A stretch of DNA of 21,904 bases from Psammoneis japonica (taxonomy: Eukaryota): assembly GCA_008632985.1 (NCBI GenBank), contig QPGO01000260.1, positions 62,001 to 83,904 of the forward strand. The letters run 5' to 3'. Within the stretch, counting starts at the first letter, position 1. Each line of letters begins with the position of its first letter. This document shows positions 1 through 11,432 of the stretch, piece by piece. The notes beneath the pieces are model-generated. The model worked only from the letters and a program-made list of their open reading frames with translations, searched no databases and was not told the origin of the DNA. Made by a program: the position numbers and the translations under genes.

Positions 1-226
1 TCATCCATTGCATTGCGGGTCTTTCAACGCAATGAAAAACACAGACAGCACAATGACAATGACATCGCAACACTCACACAAGTCTTGTTGGTGTTGCAAA
101 ACATTTGCATTTGGACAAATCTGTGCTTTTGGTGGTGAAAGATTGACCGCAATTCAGGGGCCGTGCAAAAATTGTGCAAATGTCATTTTTGTGCACGATT
201 TGGCTCACATGCGGCTGGAACACGTC
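1..226. mobile_element. Terminus of a putative TIR DNA transposon (left part outside the window)
   Basis: Unique sequence ends in GGCTGGAACACGTC (213-226), matching the MITE terminus CTGGAA(C/T)GCGTC at 11811-11822. Satellite sequence resumes immediately (TGAACCC...). Confidence 0.55.
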
Positions 227-2358
227 TGAACCCGATTGGGTCCAAAACTGCAATTTTTGACCAGCCTCAAATGAGGGAGGCATGTGTTTCTCACAAGGCA
301 AGCTTTCCCTGGCCTGATGATGAAGTGCTGCTCTTTCTGTCTTTGTGCTGCACCCTTGCAGGCATGTGCATGCTTGGCTCTTGGACAGTTTCTTCACAAA
401 AAGCACACCAGGCAATCACTGGACCACCCTTGTGAAGGTCAAACAGCTCCAAATGGGGCTTTGACAAAGAAACTTGGCAATTGTTGTCAACTTTGCAGTG
501 TTGGTGTTTGGGTTCAAATCATTTCCTTTTTTGGGTTCAAACCTTCAACTTCAACCAACTTGGGTTTTAAACTTGGATTTTGGCCCCAATTGGGTCCAAA
601 ATTGCAGTTTTTGACCTGCCCAGAAAGAGGGAGGCACACGCTTCTCACGAGGCAGCAGGCAATCTGTGCACATTTCCCGCCAGCTTGAGCTGCACTTGAG
701 TGGGCGTGCCACAGTTCTCAGCCCGCTCATTTTCTGCGTGGCCTGGCACAACCCAAATCTGTGCAGGTTCAGCACATTTTGCCCTGTGGAACAGTTTTTG
801 GGAGTGTTTTCTGGGTTGCAACGGACAACAGCATTTTGCCAACTTCAACAGTGCAGTTGTTTCTGAGGCACTTTGTGGTGTGCTCTCAATGGAACATCGC
901 ACGCCACAGCACAAGGTGTGTGACAAGCTCAAGAGTGCACAGGTTCACATGGGCAGCTGATGGCAAAAAATCATGTTGAAGGTTCGTGCTGACAATGTCG
1001 CTTCTGTTGTGTCACAACCAACCTCATGCACTGCCATTCATGCTGTGTGTTTTGTTGAGTTTTTGAATGTTTGGAGCCATTTGACTTGCGTGTGCTTCCC
1101 CTTTCTGCACCGCCCTTTTGTTCTGCAGGCTCTGCATTGTCGTGAGACATCCCAGAGACAGTTTCTCTCATCAAGAATGTCATTTCTGCAGCGCAATGGC
1201 CACGGCAATTCAAGGACAAGGCCAAGTCACAGACACAGCATCAAGAAGAGTTCACAACAAATGCAGCAACTTGGCGCCATGATGTCTTGATCTGAGCAAG
1301 CTCTCAAGAGCTCAAACACATCATCGCACAGTTTTGACAACAGCTCTCCCCGCCTCCACATGGCGATGCAGCTCCAATGGCGCAGACTGCTTCTTTTGGC
1401 TGTGCAGGAACTCTCACCCAGAAATGTGCGACTCATTTGCCCCATTGGTTCACAAGCCAATGCAACAAAATTGGAGAGTGAAGGACGAGACAGATGCGCA
1501 GTTGTGTCAAGTCTTGCAAGCATGTCAAAAGTGCAAGCCAACAAGATTTGTCAGCTTTGCAACTCAGCAAGTGAGTGTTGAGTGCAACCTGTGGGGGCAC
1601 CACGTCTCCATTGTTCTTCCAGAGCAAACAGCAAATGGCATTGATTTGGCTGACACAGCCAACATGCGTGCGTGCCTTGACAGTCTGTGGCGCTGGATTC
1701 TGAGATTGTGGAACAAAAAGAGGCACTTGCACTTGCCTCACTCCATCACATCAGAAATGCACAAGCTTTCCATGGCCCTTTTGGAGCAGCCAGGCAAGCA
1801 AAAGAGGAGCTGTGGAAAGATGCGGAAGACTCCATTTTGATGCATTGTCATCTGGCGGTGTCATCATTTGTGATGAAGTGCCGTGCTTTGTGGCTTTATG
1901 CTGCATCTGTGCAGGAATGCATGTTGTTGGCTCTTGGGCAGCTTCTGTGCAAAAAGTGCACCAGGCGATCTCTGGACTGCCCTCTTGAAGGTCAAATGGC
2001 TCTGAGCAAAGCTTTGACAAAGAAACTTGGCAGTTGTTGTCAATTTTGCAGCGTCAGTGTTTGGGATCAAAATTTTTCCTTTTTGGGTTCAAACTTTCCT
2101 TTTCAACCAGCTTGGGTTGCAAGTTTTGATTCTGAACCCAACTGGGTCCAAAATTGCAGCTTTCGACCCGCCACAAAAAAGGGAGGCACGCACTTCTCAC
2201 AAGGCTGCAGGCAACCTGTGCACATTTCCCATCAGCTTGAATTGCACTCAAGTGGGTGCACCACAGTCCTTGGCCCATTTGTTTTCTGCGTGGCCTGGCA
2301 CAACCCAAATCTGCGCAGATTCAGTGCATTTTGCCCTGCAGAACAGTTCTTGGGAGTG
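227..2358 (-). repeat. Satellite-like ~1.5 kb unit array, inverted orientation
   Basis: Reverse complement of the modules seen downstream. The marker TGGGTCCAAAATTGCAG occurs at ~237, ~591 and ~2143 (period ~1.55 kb). Confidence 0.9.
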
Positions 2359-2619
2359 CCTGGGATGTTGTTGATTGTCAGTTTCTGCAGCGAAAGAGGG
2401 CTCGTGCATTGACAGGATGCAGAGGAGGGTGTTTGATGGCACAGGTGATTTTTCACAGTTGAGAGTTGGGCTTCCTGGCCAAAGTCATTTGTCGTTGACA
2501 GGCAACCAATCATTGCCAGCTGTGAGCTGATGAGGTTTGAAACCACAATTGTTTTGTCTGCAAAAGGAACAAAAAATTACATCAAAAAGGGGTGGTCGAT
2601 CACTGTGATGTGCGCTCTG

Positions 2620-5600
2620 ATGCACGTGCATTCCCACACAGACGCAGTGTGAGACAAGAAAGCACAGCACTTCATCACAAATGATGATGACACCACCAGG
2701 CGACAATGCATCAAAATGGCATCTTCTGCATCTTTTGACAGCTCCTCTGTCACTCACCTGATTGCTCCAAAAGGGCCAGGGAAAGCTTGCACATTTCTGT
2801 TGCAACAGAGCAACGCAAATGCAAGCACTTCTTTTCATTCCAAAATCTCAGAATGCTGCACAACAGATTGTCAAGGTGCGCACACATGTTGGCTGCATCA
2901 GCCAAATCAACACCATTTGCTGTTTGCTCCAGAACGACAATGGAGATGTGGTGCTCCCACAAATTGCACTCAGCGCTTGCTTGCCAAATTGCAAAGCCAG
3001 CGACTCTTGTTGGCTTGCGCTCTTGAGCCGCTTCTGAGACTTGGCACAACTGCACATCATCTGCCTTGTCCTTCACCCTCTAAATTTGTTGCATTGGCTT
3101 GCTGACAAGTGGGGCAAACAAGCCACATGTTTCTGGGTTGCAAGCTGCTGTGCTGCCAAATGAAGTGATCCATGACATTGGAGCTGCCATGATGCGCTGG
3201 TCTTCTGAGTCAAACTCTGCATTGCCATGTGGAGGTGGGGAGGAGAGAGCTGTTGTCAAAACTGTGCGATGATGTGTTTGAGCTCTTGAGAGCTTGCTCA
3301 GCTTAAGACATCACAGCTCTAAGTTGCCGTGTTTGTTGTGAACTCTTCCTGATGCTGTGTCTGTGACTTGGCCTTGTTCTTGAATTGTCGTGGATGTTGC
3401 ACTGCAGAAATGACATTCTTGATGAGAGAAAGTGTCTCTGGGATGTGCTGCAGAAACAGCATTCTTGATGAGAAAAAGTGTCCATGTGGAAAGAGAAATC
3501 ACTGTTCACAACACAGAGCCTGCAGAGCAAAAGAGCAGCCTGGAAAGGGGGAGCACATGCAAGTTAAATGGCTGCAAACAGACAAAGCCCCAACAAAGCA
3601 CACAGCATGTGTGGCAGTGCATGAGGTTGGTTGCAACACAACAAAAGCAGTGTTGTCAATTTGAGCCTTCAGCATGCTTTTTCATTGTCAGCTGCCGATG
3701 CGGGCCTGTGAGCTCTCAAGCTTGTCACATGCCTTGTGCCATGACATGTGATGCTCCATTGAGAGTGCACTGCAAAGCACCTCAGAAACAAAAACATTTT
3801 TGAAGTCAGTGAAATGCCATCGCCCGCGTCATTTTGCACAATGTTTTGCACTGCTCTGCAGGGCAAAATGTGCTGAACCCACACAGATTTCTTGGGCTGC
3901 ACCAGGCCGTGCAAAAAAAGAGCAGGGCAACAGCTGTGGCACACCCACTCAAGCACAACTCAAGCTGACAGAAAATGTGTGCAGGTTGCCTGCCACCTTG
4001 TGAGAAGTGTGTGCCTCCATTTTGGGGGGTGGGTCAAAAACTGCCATTTTGGACCCAACTGGGGCCAAAATCCAAGCTTTGAACCCAAGTTGGTTGAAAT
4101 TGAAAGGTCGAACCCAAAAGAGGAAAAATTTTGATCCTGGACACCAACACTGCAAAATTGACAACAATTGCCAAGCTTCTTTGTCAAAGCTTTGTTTGGA
4201 GCTGTTCGACCTTTGAGAGGGTGGTCCAGAGATTGCCTGGTGTGCTTTTTGTGCAGAAACTGTCTGAGAGCCAAGCACGCATGTTCCTGCAAGGACGCAG
4301 CATGAAACCAGAAAGAACACACTTCATTGTCATGAATGATGACGACACCACCAGACAACAATGTGCCAAAATGGCATTGTCCACATCTTTTGACAGCTCA
4401 TGCCTCTCTTTTTCAGGGCGAGTTGAAAACTGCAATTTTGGACCCAATTGGGTTCAAAATCCAAACCCAAAGCCCAAGTTGGTTAAAATTGAAAGTTTGA
4501 ACCCAAAACAGGAAAATTTTGAAACAGAGCACCAGCGCTGCAAAACCAACAACAGCTGCCACCAGACAACAATGCACCAAAATGGCGTCATCCGCATCTT
4601 TCGATGGCTCCTCTTTTGCTTGCCTGATTGCACCAAAAGGGCCAGGGAAAGCTTGCGCATTTCTGTTGTGACAGACTGATGCAAGCACATGTGCTTCTTT
4701 TCATTGCACAGTCTCAGAATGCAGCACAACAGACTGTCAAGGCATGTGCACACATTGGCTGCATCAGTTGAATCAACGCCATTTGCTGCTTGCTCCAGGA
4801 TGACGATGGAGATGCGATGCCCCCATGAACCACACTCAATGCTCACTTGCCAAATTGCAAAGCTGGCAGTTCTTGTTGGCTTGCACTCTTGAGCTGCTTC
4901 TGAGACTTGACACAGCTGCGCATCTGTCTTGTCCTTCAGCCTCTAAATTTGCTGCATTGGCTCGCCAACAAATGGCGCAAACAAGTCACATTTTTTTGGG
5001 TCACAAACTGCTGCACAGCCAAAAGAAGTGGCCCACATTGTTGGAGCCACCATGACAAGCTGGCAGAGAAAAAAGTGTTCGCCATCAGCCACTCATGTGA
5101 GCCTGTGTGCTCTTGAGCTCATCACATGCCTTGTGCCACAATGTGCAGCACTTCATCAAGAGCACATTGCAAAGCAACTCAGAAACAACCACATTTTTGA
5201 AGTTGGCAAGACCTTGTTGTCCTTGTCACTTTGCATGTTGTCTGGTGTCGCGAGCCAGAAAACACTCCCAAAAACTCTTCTGCAGGGCAAAATGTGCCAA
5301 GCCGGCATGGATTTGGGTTGTGCCAGGCCACGCAGAAAATGAGTGGGCCAAGAACTGCGGCGTGTCTGCTCAAGTGCAGCTGAAACTGACAGGAAATGTG
5401 CGCAGGTCACCTGCCACCTCATGAGAAGCAAGTGCCTTCCTTTTTTGGGGTGGGTTGAAAACTGCAGTTGCGGGCCCAGCTGGGTTCAAAATTCAAATTT
5501 AAAACCCAAGTTGGTTGAAATTGAAAGTTTGAACCCAAAAAAGGAAAAATTTGAACCTGAGCTCTGATGCTGCAAAACCAACAGCAACTGCCAAGTTTCT

Positions 5601-6390
5601 TTGTCAAAGCTTTGTTTTGAGCCATTTGCCCTTTGAGGTGGCGGTGGTCCAGAGATTGCCTGGCATGCTTTTTGCACAGAAACTGCCCAAAAGCCACGCA
5701 CTTCAGAGCTTGCAATGTGGCAGCAATCACTTTCGTTGGTTTTTGCCATGCCGCTGCATTTTGTTTGTGTCATTCATTTGACTGTGATGCCAGCACTTGA
5801 ACATTGTTTTCACAGTGCAAGGTGTTTGACCTTTTCAAGCTTTGGGTTGGGTTGAAAACTGCTGTTTTGGACCCAGCTGGGTTCAAAATTCAAACTTAAA
5901 ACCCAAGTTGGTTGAAATTGAAAGTTTGAGCCCAAAAAGGGAAAAAATTGAACCCGAGCACTGACGCTGCAAAATGAACAACAACTGCCAAGTTTCTTTG
6001 TCAAAGCTTTGTTTGGAGCCATGTGACCTTTGAGGCGGTGGTCCAAAGATTGTCTGGTGTGTCTGCTCAAGTGCAGCTGAAACTGACAGGAAATGTGCAC
6101 AGGTCGCCTGCTGCCTCGTGAGAAGTGTGTGCCTTCCTTTTTCGGGGCGGGTCAAAAACTGCAATTTTGGACCCAACTGGGTTCAAAATTCAAGCTTGAA
6201 ACCCAAGTTGGTTGAAATTGAAAGTTTGAACCCAAAAAAGGAAAAATTTGAACCTGAGCACTGACGCTGCAAAACCCACAGCAGCTGCCAAGTTTCTTTG
6301 TCAAAGCTTTGTTTGAAGCCATTTGACCTTTGAGGCGGTGGTCCAGAGATTGCCCGGCATGCTTTTTGCACAGAAGCTGCCCAAAAGCCA
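2620..6390 (+). repeat. Satellite-like array, forward orientation, with internally deleted units
   Basis: Marker ...AAAACTGCAATTTTGGACCCAACTGGG...AAACCCAAGTTGGTTGAAATTGAAAGTTTGAACCC at ~4035, 4425, 5457, 5855 and 6155. Confidence 0.9.
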
Positions 6391-7172
6391 AGCACATGAG
6401 AGCCTGCAATTTGGCGGCAATCACTTTCATTGATTTTTGCTGCGCCGTTGCATTTTGTTTGTGTCATTCTTTTGACTGTGATGCCAACACTTGAACGTTC
6501 TTTTCATGGCACAAGGTGTTTGACCTTTTCGCACAGATTTTTTTTGCCCATTTGCGTTGGTTGTTCATGCTCAAGCAACTCACATTTGCAAATGCAATGT
6601 GGTCAAAGAAGCTTTTCATGGCGCAAGGTGTTTGACCTTTTGGCGCAGATTTTTTTTGTCCATTTGTGTTGGTTGTTCATGCTCAAGCAACTCACATTTG
6701 CAAGTGTCATGTGGTCAAAGAAGCTTTGGGTCGTGACAACCCATGCTCCATGCCTTTGACAATTTGGCTTTCAAGCTGGTTTGTGCTTTTTTGTTTCACC
6801 CCCTTGTGTGTCACACCACATGCTGCTGCCCATGTCTGCCCAGTCACCTCCATGTGTGCGCACATTTCCTTGTCGCGCCACACTTGTTTCCGGAGCTCTC
6901 TGTTGGTGCGTTTTCTGTGTTCTCAGTGTTTTTTCTGCACATGCCATTTCCTGCACATTTCACAAAAGCACGCCGTCTCCCCAAAATCAATTTGACCAGA
7001 GTGTGGGCTGTTGTGATTCATGCACTTTCTGCATGTTCCGCCAACAGACAACTGGCCATGGTGGCCGGTCAATGACTTTGCCCCACAAGTGGAGGAGGTT
7101 GACCCTGACCCCTCCTTTGTCTTTCCTGATGATGTCAATTTCAACAACACAGAACATCTCACCAATGGCTTC
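6065..7172 (+). repeat. ~1 kb segment duplicated at ~8396-9388
   Basis: Colinear similarity from GCTCAAGTGCAG through CCCCAAAATCAATTTGACCAGAGTGTG to CCAATGGCTTCA in both copies. Confidence 0.85.
6501..6727 (+). repeat. Local tandem duplication, 112-bp period
   Basis: TTTTCATGGC(A/G)CAAGGTGTTTGACCTTTT...GTGGTCAAAGAAGCTTT starts at 6501 and 6613. It is single-copy in the 8.8 kb paralog. Confidence 0.85.
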
Positions 7173-7260
7173 AGAGTGGAGCCATTTGGGCCCAAGTTCA
7201 GGAGCATGATTGCACTGTGTGCATCCAAAAAGCAGTTTGTGGAGAGAACAAATTGGGGTG
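7030..7260 (+). pseudogene. Fragment of a degenerate acidic-protein gene, cut by a MITE copy
   Basis: Protein-like frame FAPQVEEVDPDPSFVFPDDVNFNNTEHLTNGF, paralogous to 9255-9388. Confidence 0.4.
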
Positions 7261-7261
7261 C

Positions 7262-7638
7262 ATGGGCGGGACTCCGTGTGACATCGGGCCTGCAGAGTTC
7301 TGCGTGCGAGCTCTGCAGTGTAAGAATTTAATCAACAGACACATTCATCTTCAACATCAAATGAACAGCCAAGTTTGTGGCACAATTGACCCTCTTGCCA
7401 CTCAACGTTTTTGCAGATGCGCCTGCCCCGTGTGATTCTCAAGACATTGCAGAATCGCACTGCATGACAAAAATGTCAAAAGTTGTTGGATGGATCGCTC
7501 AACAAGTGCACCACAAAATGACACAAAATTTCACAAAAGTCTTGCGCAATTCTGCGTGCACGACATGCTGTGTGATCCAAAAAACCATTGAGGTCACAGT
7601 TCAGTGGAACAAGGTCCCACCTGGAGCTGGGGTGTGTC
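7262..7638 (-). mobile_element. MITE copy, one end truncated, more mutated
   Basis: Reverse complement of ~11433-11808. Ends GGTCCCACCTGGAGCTGGGGTGTGTC, versus GGTCCCACCTGGACCTGGAACGCGTC in the reference copy. Confidence 0.85.
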
Positions 7639-7664
7639 TTGGTCACCCACCCCAGAGTTCCTCG

Positions 7665-8720
7665 AGCTTCCTTTTCTTTGCCAAAATGTCAGAATGCAGC
7701 ACGACAGATTGTCAAGGTGCACGTGCACGTTGGCTGCATCAGCCAAATCAACGCCATTTGCTGTTTGCTCCAGAAGAACAATGGAGACGTGGTGCCCCCA
7801 AAAATTGCACTCAGCACTTGCTTGCCATTTGCAAAGAAGCCAGCGATTCTTGTTGGCTTGCACTCTTGAGCCACTTCTGAGACTTGACACAACTGCACAT
7901 CATTTGTCTTGTCCTTCACCCTCTAAATTTGTTGTGCTGGCTTGCTGACAAGTGGGGCAAACAAGTCACATGTTTCTGGGTTGCAAGCTGCTGTGCAGCC
8001 AAACAGAATGATCCACACCATTGAAGCCACCATGATGCACTGGTCTGCTGAGTCAAACTCTGCATTGCCATGTGGAGGTGGGAAGAGCTGTTGTCAAAAC
8101 TGTGCAATGATGTGTTTGAGCTCTTGAGAGCTTGCTCAGTTTGAGACATCACAGCACCAAGCCGCCGCATTTGTTTTTGAATTGTCGTGGCCATTGCACA
8201 GCAGAAATGACACTCTTGACAAGAAAAAGAGTCTCTGGGACACCGCGCGACAACGCAGAGCCTGCAGAACAAAAGAGCAATGTGAAAAGGGAAAGCACGT
8301 GCAAGCTGAGTTGCTGCAAACACACAAAGCCTCAACAAAATACACAGCATGAATGGCAGTGCATGAGGTCAGTCACAAAGCAACAGAAGTGATGTTGCTC
8401 AAGTGCAGTTGAAGCTGACTCAATGTGTGAGCAGGTCACCTGCCACCTCATGAGAAGTGCAGGCCCCCCCTTTTTGGGGGCAGGTCAAAAACTGCAATTT
8501 TGGACCCAATTGGGTTCAAAAGTCAAACTCAAAACCCGCGTTGGTCAAAATTGAAAGTTTGAGCCCAAAAAAGGAAAAATTTGAACCTGAGCACTTGTGC
8601 TGCGAAATCAACAACAACTGCCAAGATTCTTTGTCAAAGCTTTGTTTGGAGCCATTTGACATTTGAGGTGGCAGTCCAGAGATTGCCTGGCATGCTTTTT
8701 GCGCAGAAGCTGCCCAAAAG
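7665..8720 (+). repeat. Satellite-like unit (partial)
   Basis: Same modules, e.g. CAGAATGCAGCACGACAGATTGTCAAGG and GAGCTCTTGAGAGCTTG; marker at ~8485. Confidence 0.85.
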
Positions 8721-9254
8721 CCAAGCACATCAGAGCCCACAATGTGGCGGCCATCACTTTCATTGGCTTTTGCCGCGCAGCTGCATTTTGTTGGTGTCAT
8801 TCTTTTGATTGTGGCGCCAGTGCTTGAATGTTGTTTTCACAATGCAAGGTGTTTGACCTTTTCATGAGGATTTTATTTTGCCCATTTGTGCTGATTGCCC
8901 ATGCTCAAGCAACTCACATTTGCAAATGTTTTGTGACCAAAGCTTTGGGTGGTGACAACCCATGCTCCATGCCTTTGACAATTTGGCTTTTGTGTTGGTT
9001 TGTGCTTTTTTGTTTTTGCCCCCCTCATGTGTCACAGCACACAATGCTGTCCACATCTGCCCAGTCACCTCTGTGTGTGCACACATTTCCTTGTTGCTTC
9101 GCACCTTTTTCCAGAACTCTGTGACAGTTTCTCTGCTGTGTTCTCAGTCTTTTTTCTGCATGCACCATTTCCTGCACATTTCTCAACAGCACACCCTCTC
9201 CCCAAAATCAATTTGACCAGAGTGTGCGATGTTGTGATTCGCTCACTTTCTGCA

Positions 9255-10090
9255 TGTTCCACGCAAACAGATGGCTGGCCACAGTGATCAACGTGCCCCA
9301 TCAGCGGAGGAGGCCAACCCCAACCCCTCCTTTGTCTTTCCTGATGATGTCAATTTTGATGACACAGAACATTTCGCCAATGGCTTCAATGGTTGAGTTT
9401 GTGCATCAGATCATTGCCGGTGAGGACCTCAATGACCCTGTCTCCGGCAAGCCTTGTTTCCATTTTTTTAAGTGCAAAAATCTCAAATCTCTGATTGACG
9501 ACTGAGCACAGGACCTTCGTGCTACAAAATTTGTTGTCAAAACAGCCGTGCGTCCCATGTGGAGAAGGGTGGTGGAGTCGGGCAACACAAAGGTCATGGA
9601 GCTGGCCATGGCAAGCAACAAGGCACTGGCGCTGTTGGCATTGGAAAATTGCTGGAAGGTTTGGGAGCACAAATCCAAGCTGGAGGGAAAGGAAGAAGAG
9701 AGTGAAGAGGAGGAGAAGGAAACAAAACTGGCGCCCTTGCACACAGACCCACTGCATCAGCGCGACTCTTGGAAGGATGGCGGAATGAAGCAATTCACTG
9801 CCCTGCTTGAGGAGTTGAAGGATGACAGGGCAAGTGAGCCGGGTGTGCAGCTCGACACATGGCACGCTGATGGAAAGAAAAAGGAGAGTGAGGGAAATGA
9901 AAAAAGAGCCAAACCACTGAAAAGCCAGCGGGGGTGGAGATGAGAATGCAAGCAACAACAGAGCTTTCTGGTGACAATGAGGACCATGAAGAGAAAACGG
10001 ATGAACCAAGCAACAGAGGCAACAAGGAAGAAGATGAAGACAGCAAAGAAGACAACAATGACAAAGAACATGTGCAGACTGCAGTGCAGG
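9255..10090 (+). pseudogene. Degenerate gene for an unknown, probably transposon-associated protein with an acidic tail
   Basis: Purine-rich coding-like frames: ...ELAMASNKALALLALENCWKVWEH...EEESEEEEKE...PLHTD...SWKDGGMKQFTALLEELKDDR..., then D/E-rich DNEDHEEKTDE...EEDEDSKED. Contains stops and frameshifts. Confidence 0.55.
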
Positions 10091-10154
10091 CCTGTTGCAA
10101 CTTAAAAAATGCCAGACAACAGAGCATCAATTTGGCACTCATTGATGCACCATG

Positions 10155-10394
10155 GATGCATTCCAGCCCCAGGTGGGGCTCTGTGTTCTGCAGTGCTAGA
10201 AGTTGGTCAATGGATGCACCCATCTTCAACATCAAACAAACGGCCAAGTTTGTGGTGAAATTGTGCCTCTTGCCACTCGACGTTTTTGCAAGTGCACCTG
10301 CCCTGCACGACTCTCAAGACATTGCAGAATTGCGCTGAAACAAAAAATGTCAAGAGTTGTTGGAAGGATTGCTCAACAAGTGCACTGCAAAATG
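10155..10394 (-). mobile_element. MITE half-copy
   Basis: Starts GATGCATTCCAGCCCCAGGTGGGG (TIR). Reverse complement of ~11551-11822 with a small internal deletion. Confidence 0.8.
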
Positions 10395-10743
10395 GGACCT
10401 CGCGCTGCTGAACTGTGACAACGACAGTTTTTGAATCATGTTGCATGTCAGGCACGTGGATTTCCACATGATTTTGGCGACATGTTGTGTCATTTTACAG
10501 TGCACTTGTTGAGTGATCTGTCTGACAACTTTTGACATTCTGCAATGTCTTGAGAACTGCACAGGACAGGCACATTTGCAAAAACGTCAAGTGGCAAAAG
10601 GTGCAATTGTGCCACAAACTTGGCCATTTGTTTGATGTTGAAGACAAGCGCATCCATCAATTAAATTCTCACACTGCAGAGCTCGCACACAGAGCTCCAT
10701 GGCCCAACATCACATGGAGTCCCGCCCAGGGCTGGAGCGCATC
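10395..10743 (+). mobile_element. MITE copy lacking its left TIR
   Basis: Colinear with ~11454-11822. Ends GGAGTCCCGCCCAGGGCTGGAGCGCATC. Confidence 0.85.
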
Positions 10744-11332
10744 TGCATGAGGTTGGCTGCAACACAGCAAAAGTGATGTTGTCAATGTGAACCTTCAGCA
10801 TGCTTTTTCACCATCAGCCACCCATGTGAGCCTGTGTGCTCTCAAGCTTGTCACATGCCCTGTGCCACGACGTGTGATGTTCCATTGAAAGTGCACTGCA
10901 GAGCACCTCAGAAACAACCGCATTTTTGAAATCGGCAAAACACCATTGTCCATGTCATTTTGCGTGTTGTTTTGCATCACAGCTCAGAAAGCACTCACAA
11001 AAACCACTCTGCAGGGCAAAATGTGCTGAGTTCACACAGATTTGGGCTGTGCCAGGCTGCACAGAAAATGAGCGGACCAAGAGCTGTGGCACACCCACTC
11101 AAGCACAGTTCAATCTGACAGGAAATGTGCGCAGGTCGCCTGCCACCTTGTGAGAAGTGTGTGCCTCCCTTTTTTGGGGTGGGTCAAAAATTGCAATTTT
11201 CAACCCAGCTGGGTTCAAAATCCAAGCTTTAAACCCAAGTTGGTTGAAATTGACAGGTTGAGCCCAAAAAAGGAAATGATTCAAACCCGAACACTGATGC
11301 TGCAAAATTGACAACAACAGCCGAGTTTCTTT
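10744..11332 (+). repeat. Satellite-like unit interrupted by the solo LTR
   Basis: Runs to ...CCGAGTTTCTTT. The unit continues at 12605 as CTTTGTCAAAGCTTTG. Confidence 0.9.
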
Positions 11333-11432
11333 TGCAGCGTGCCTCTCCACTGGACAGCACGGCAAGACTGTGCACAAGCCTCTTGTGCGTGGCAACGCAG
11401 CATTGCGTGGCTCCAGGTCTCAGGCAATTCCA

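Noticed and set aside
3406..3484. ~46-bp local duplication (CATTCTTGATGAGA.AAAGTGTC)
   Set aside because: Ordinary slippage within one satellite unit.
10151..10747. CATG/TGCA flanks of the fold-back dimer as a mutated TATA TSD
   Set aside because: Possible in principle, but the left and right flanks belong to different repeats, so no empty site supports it.
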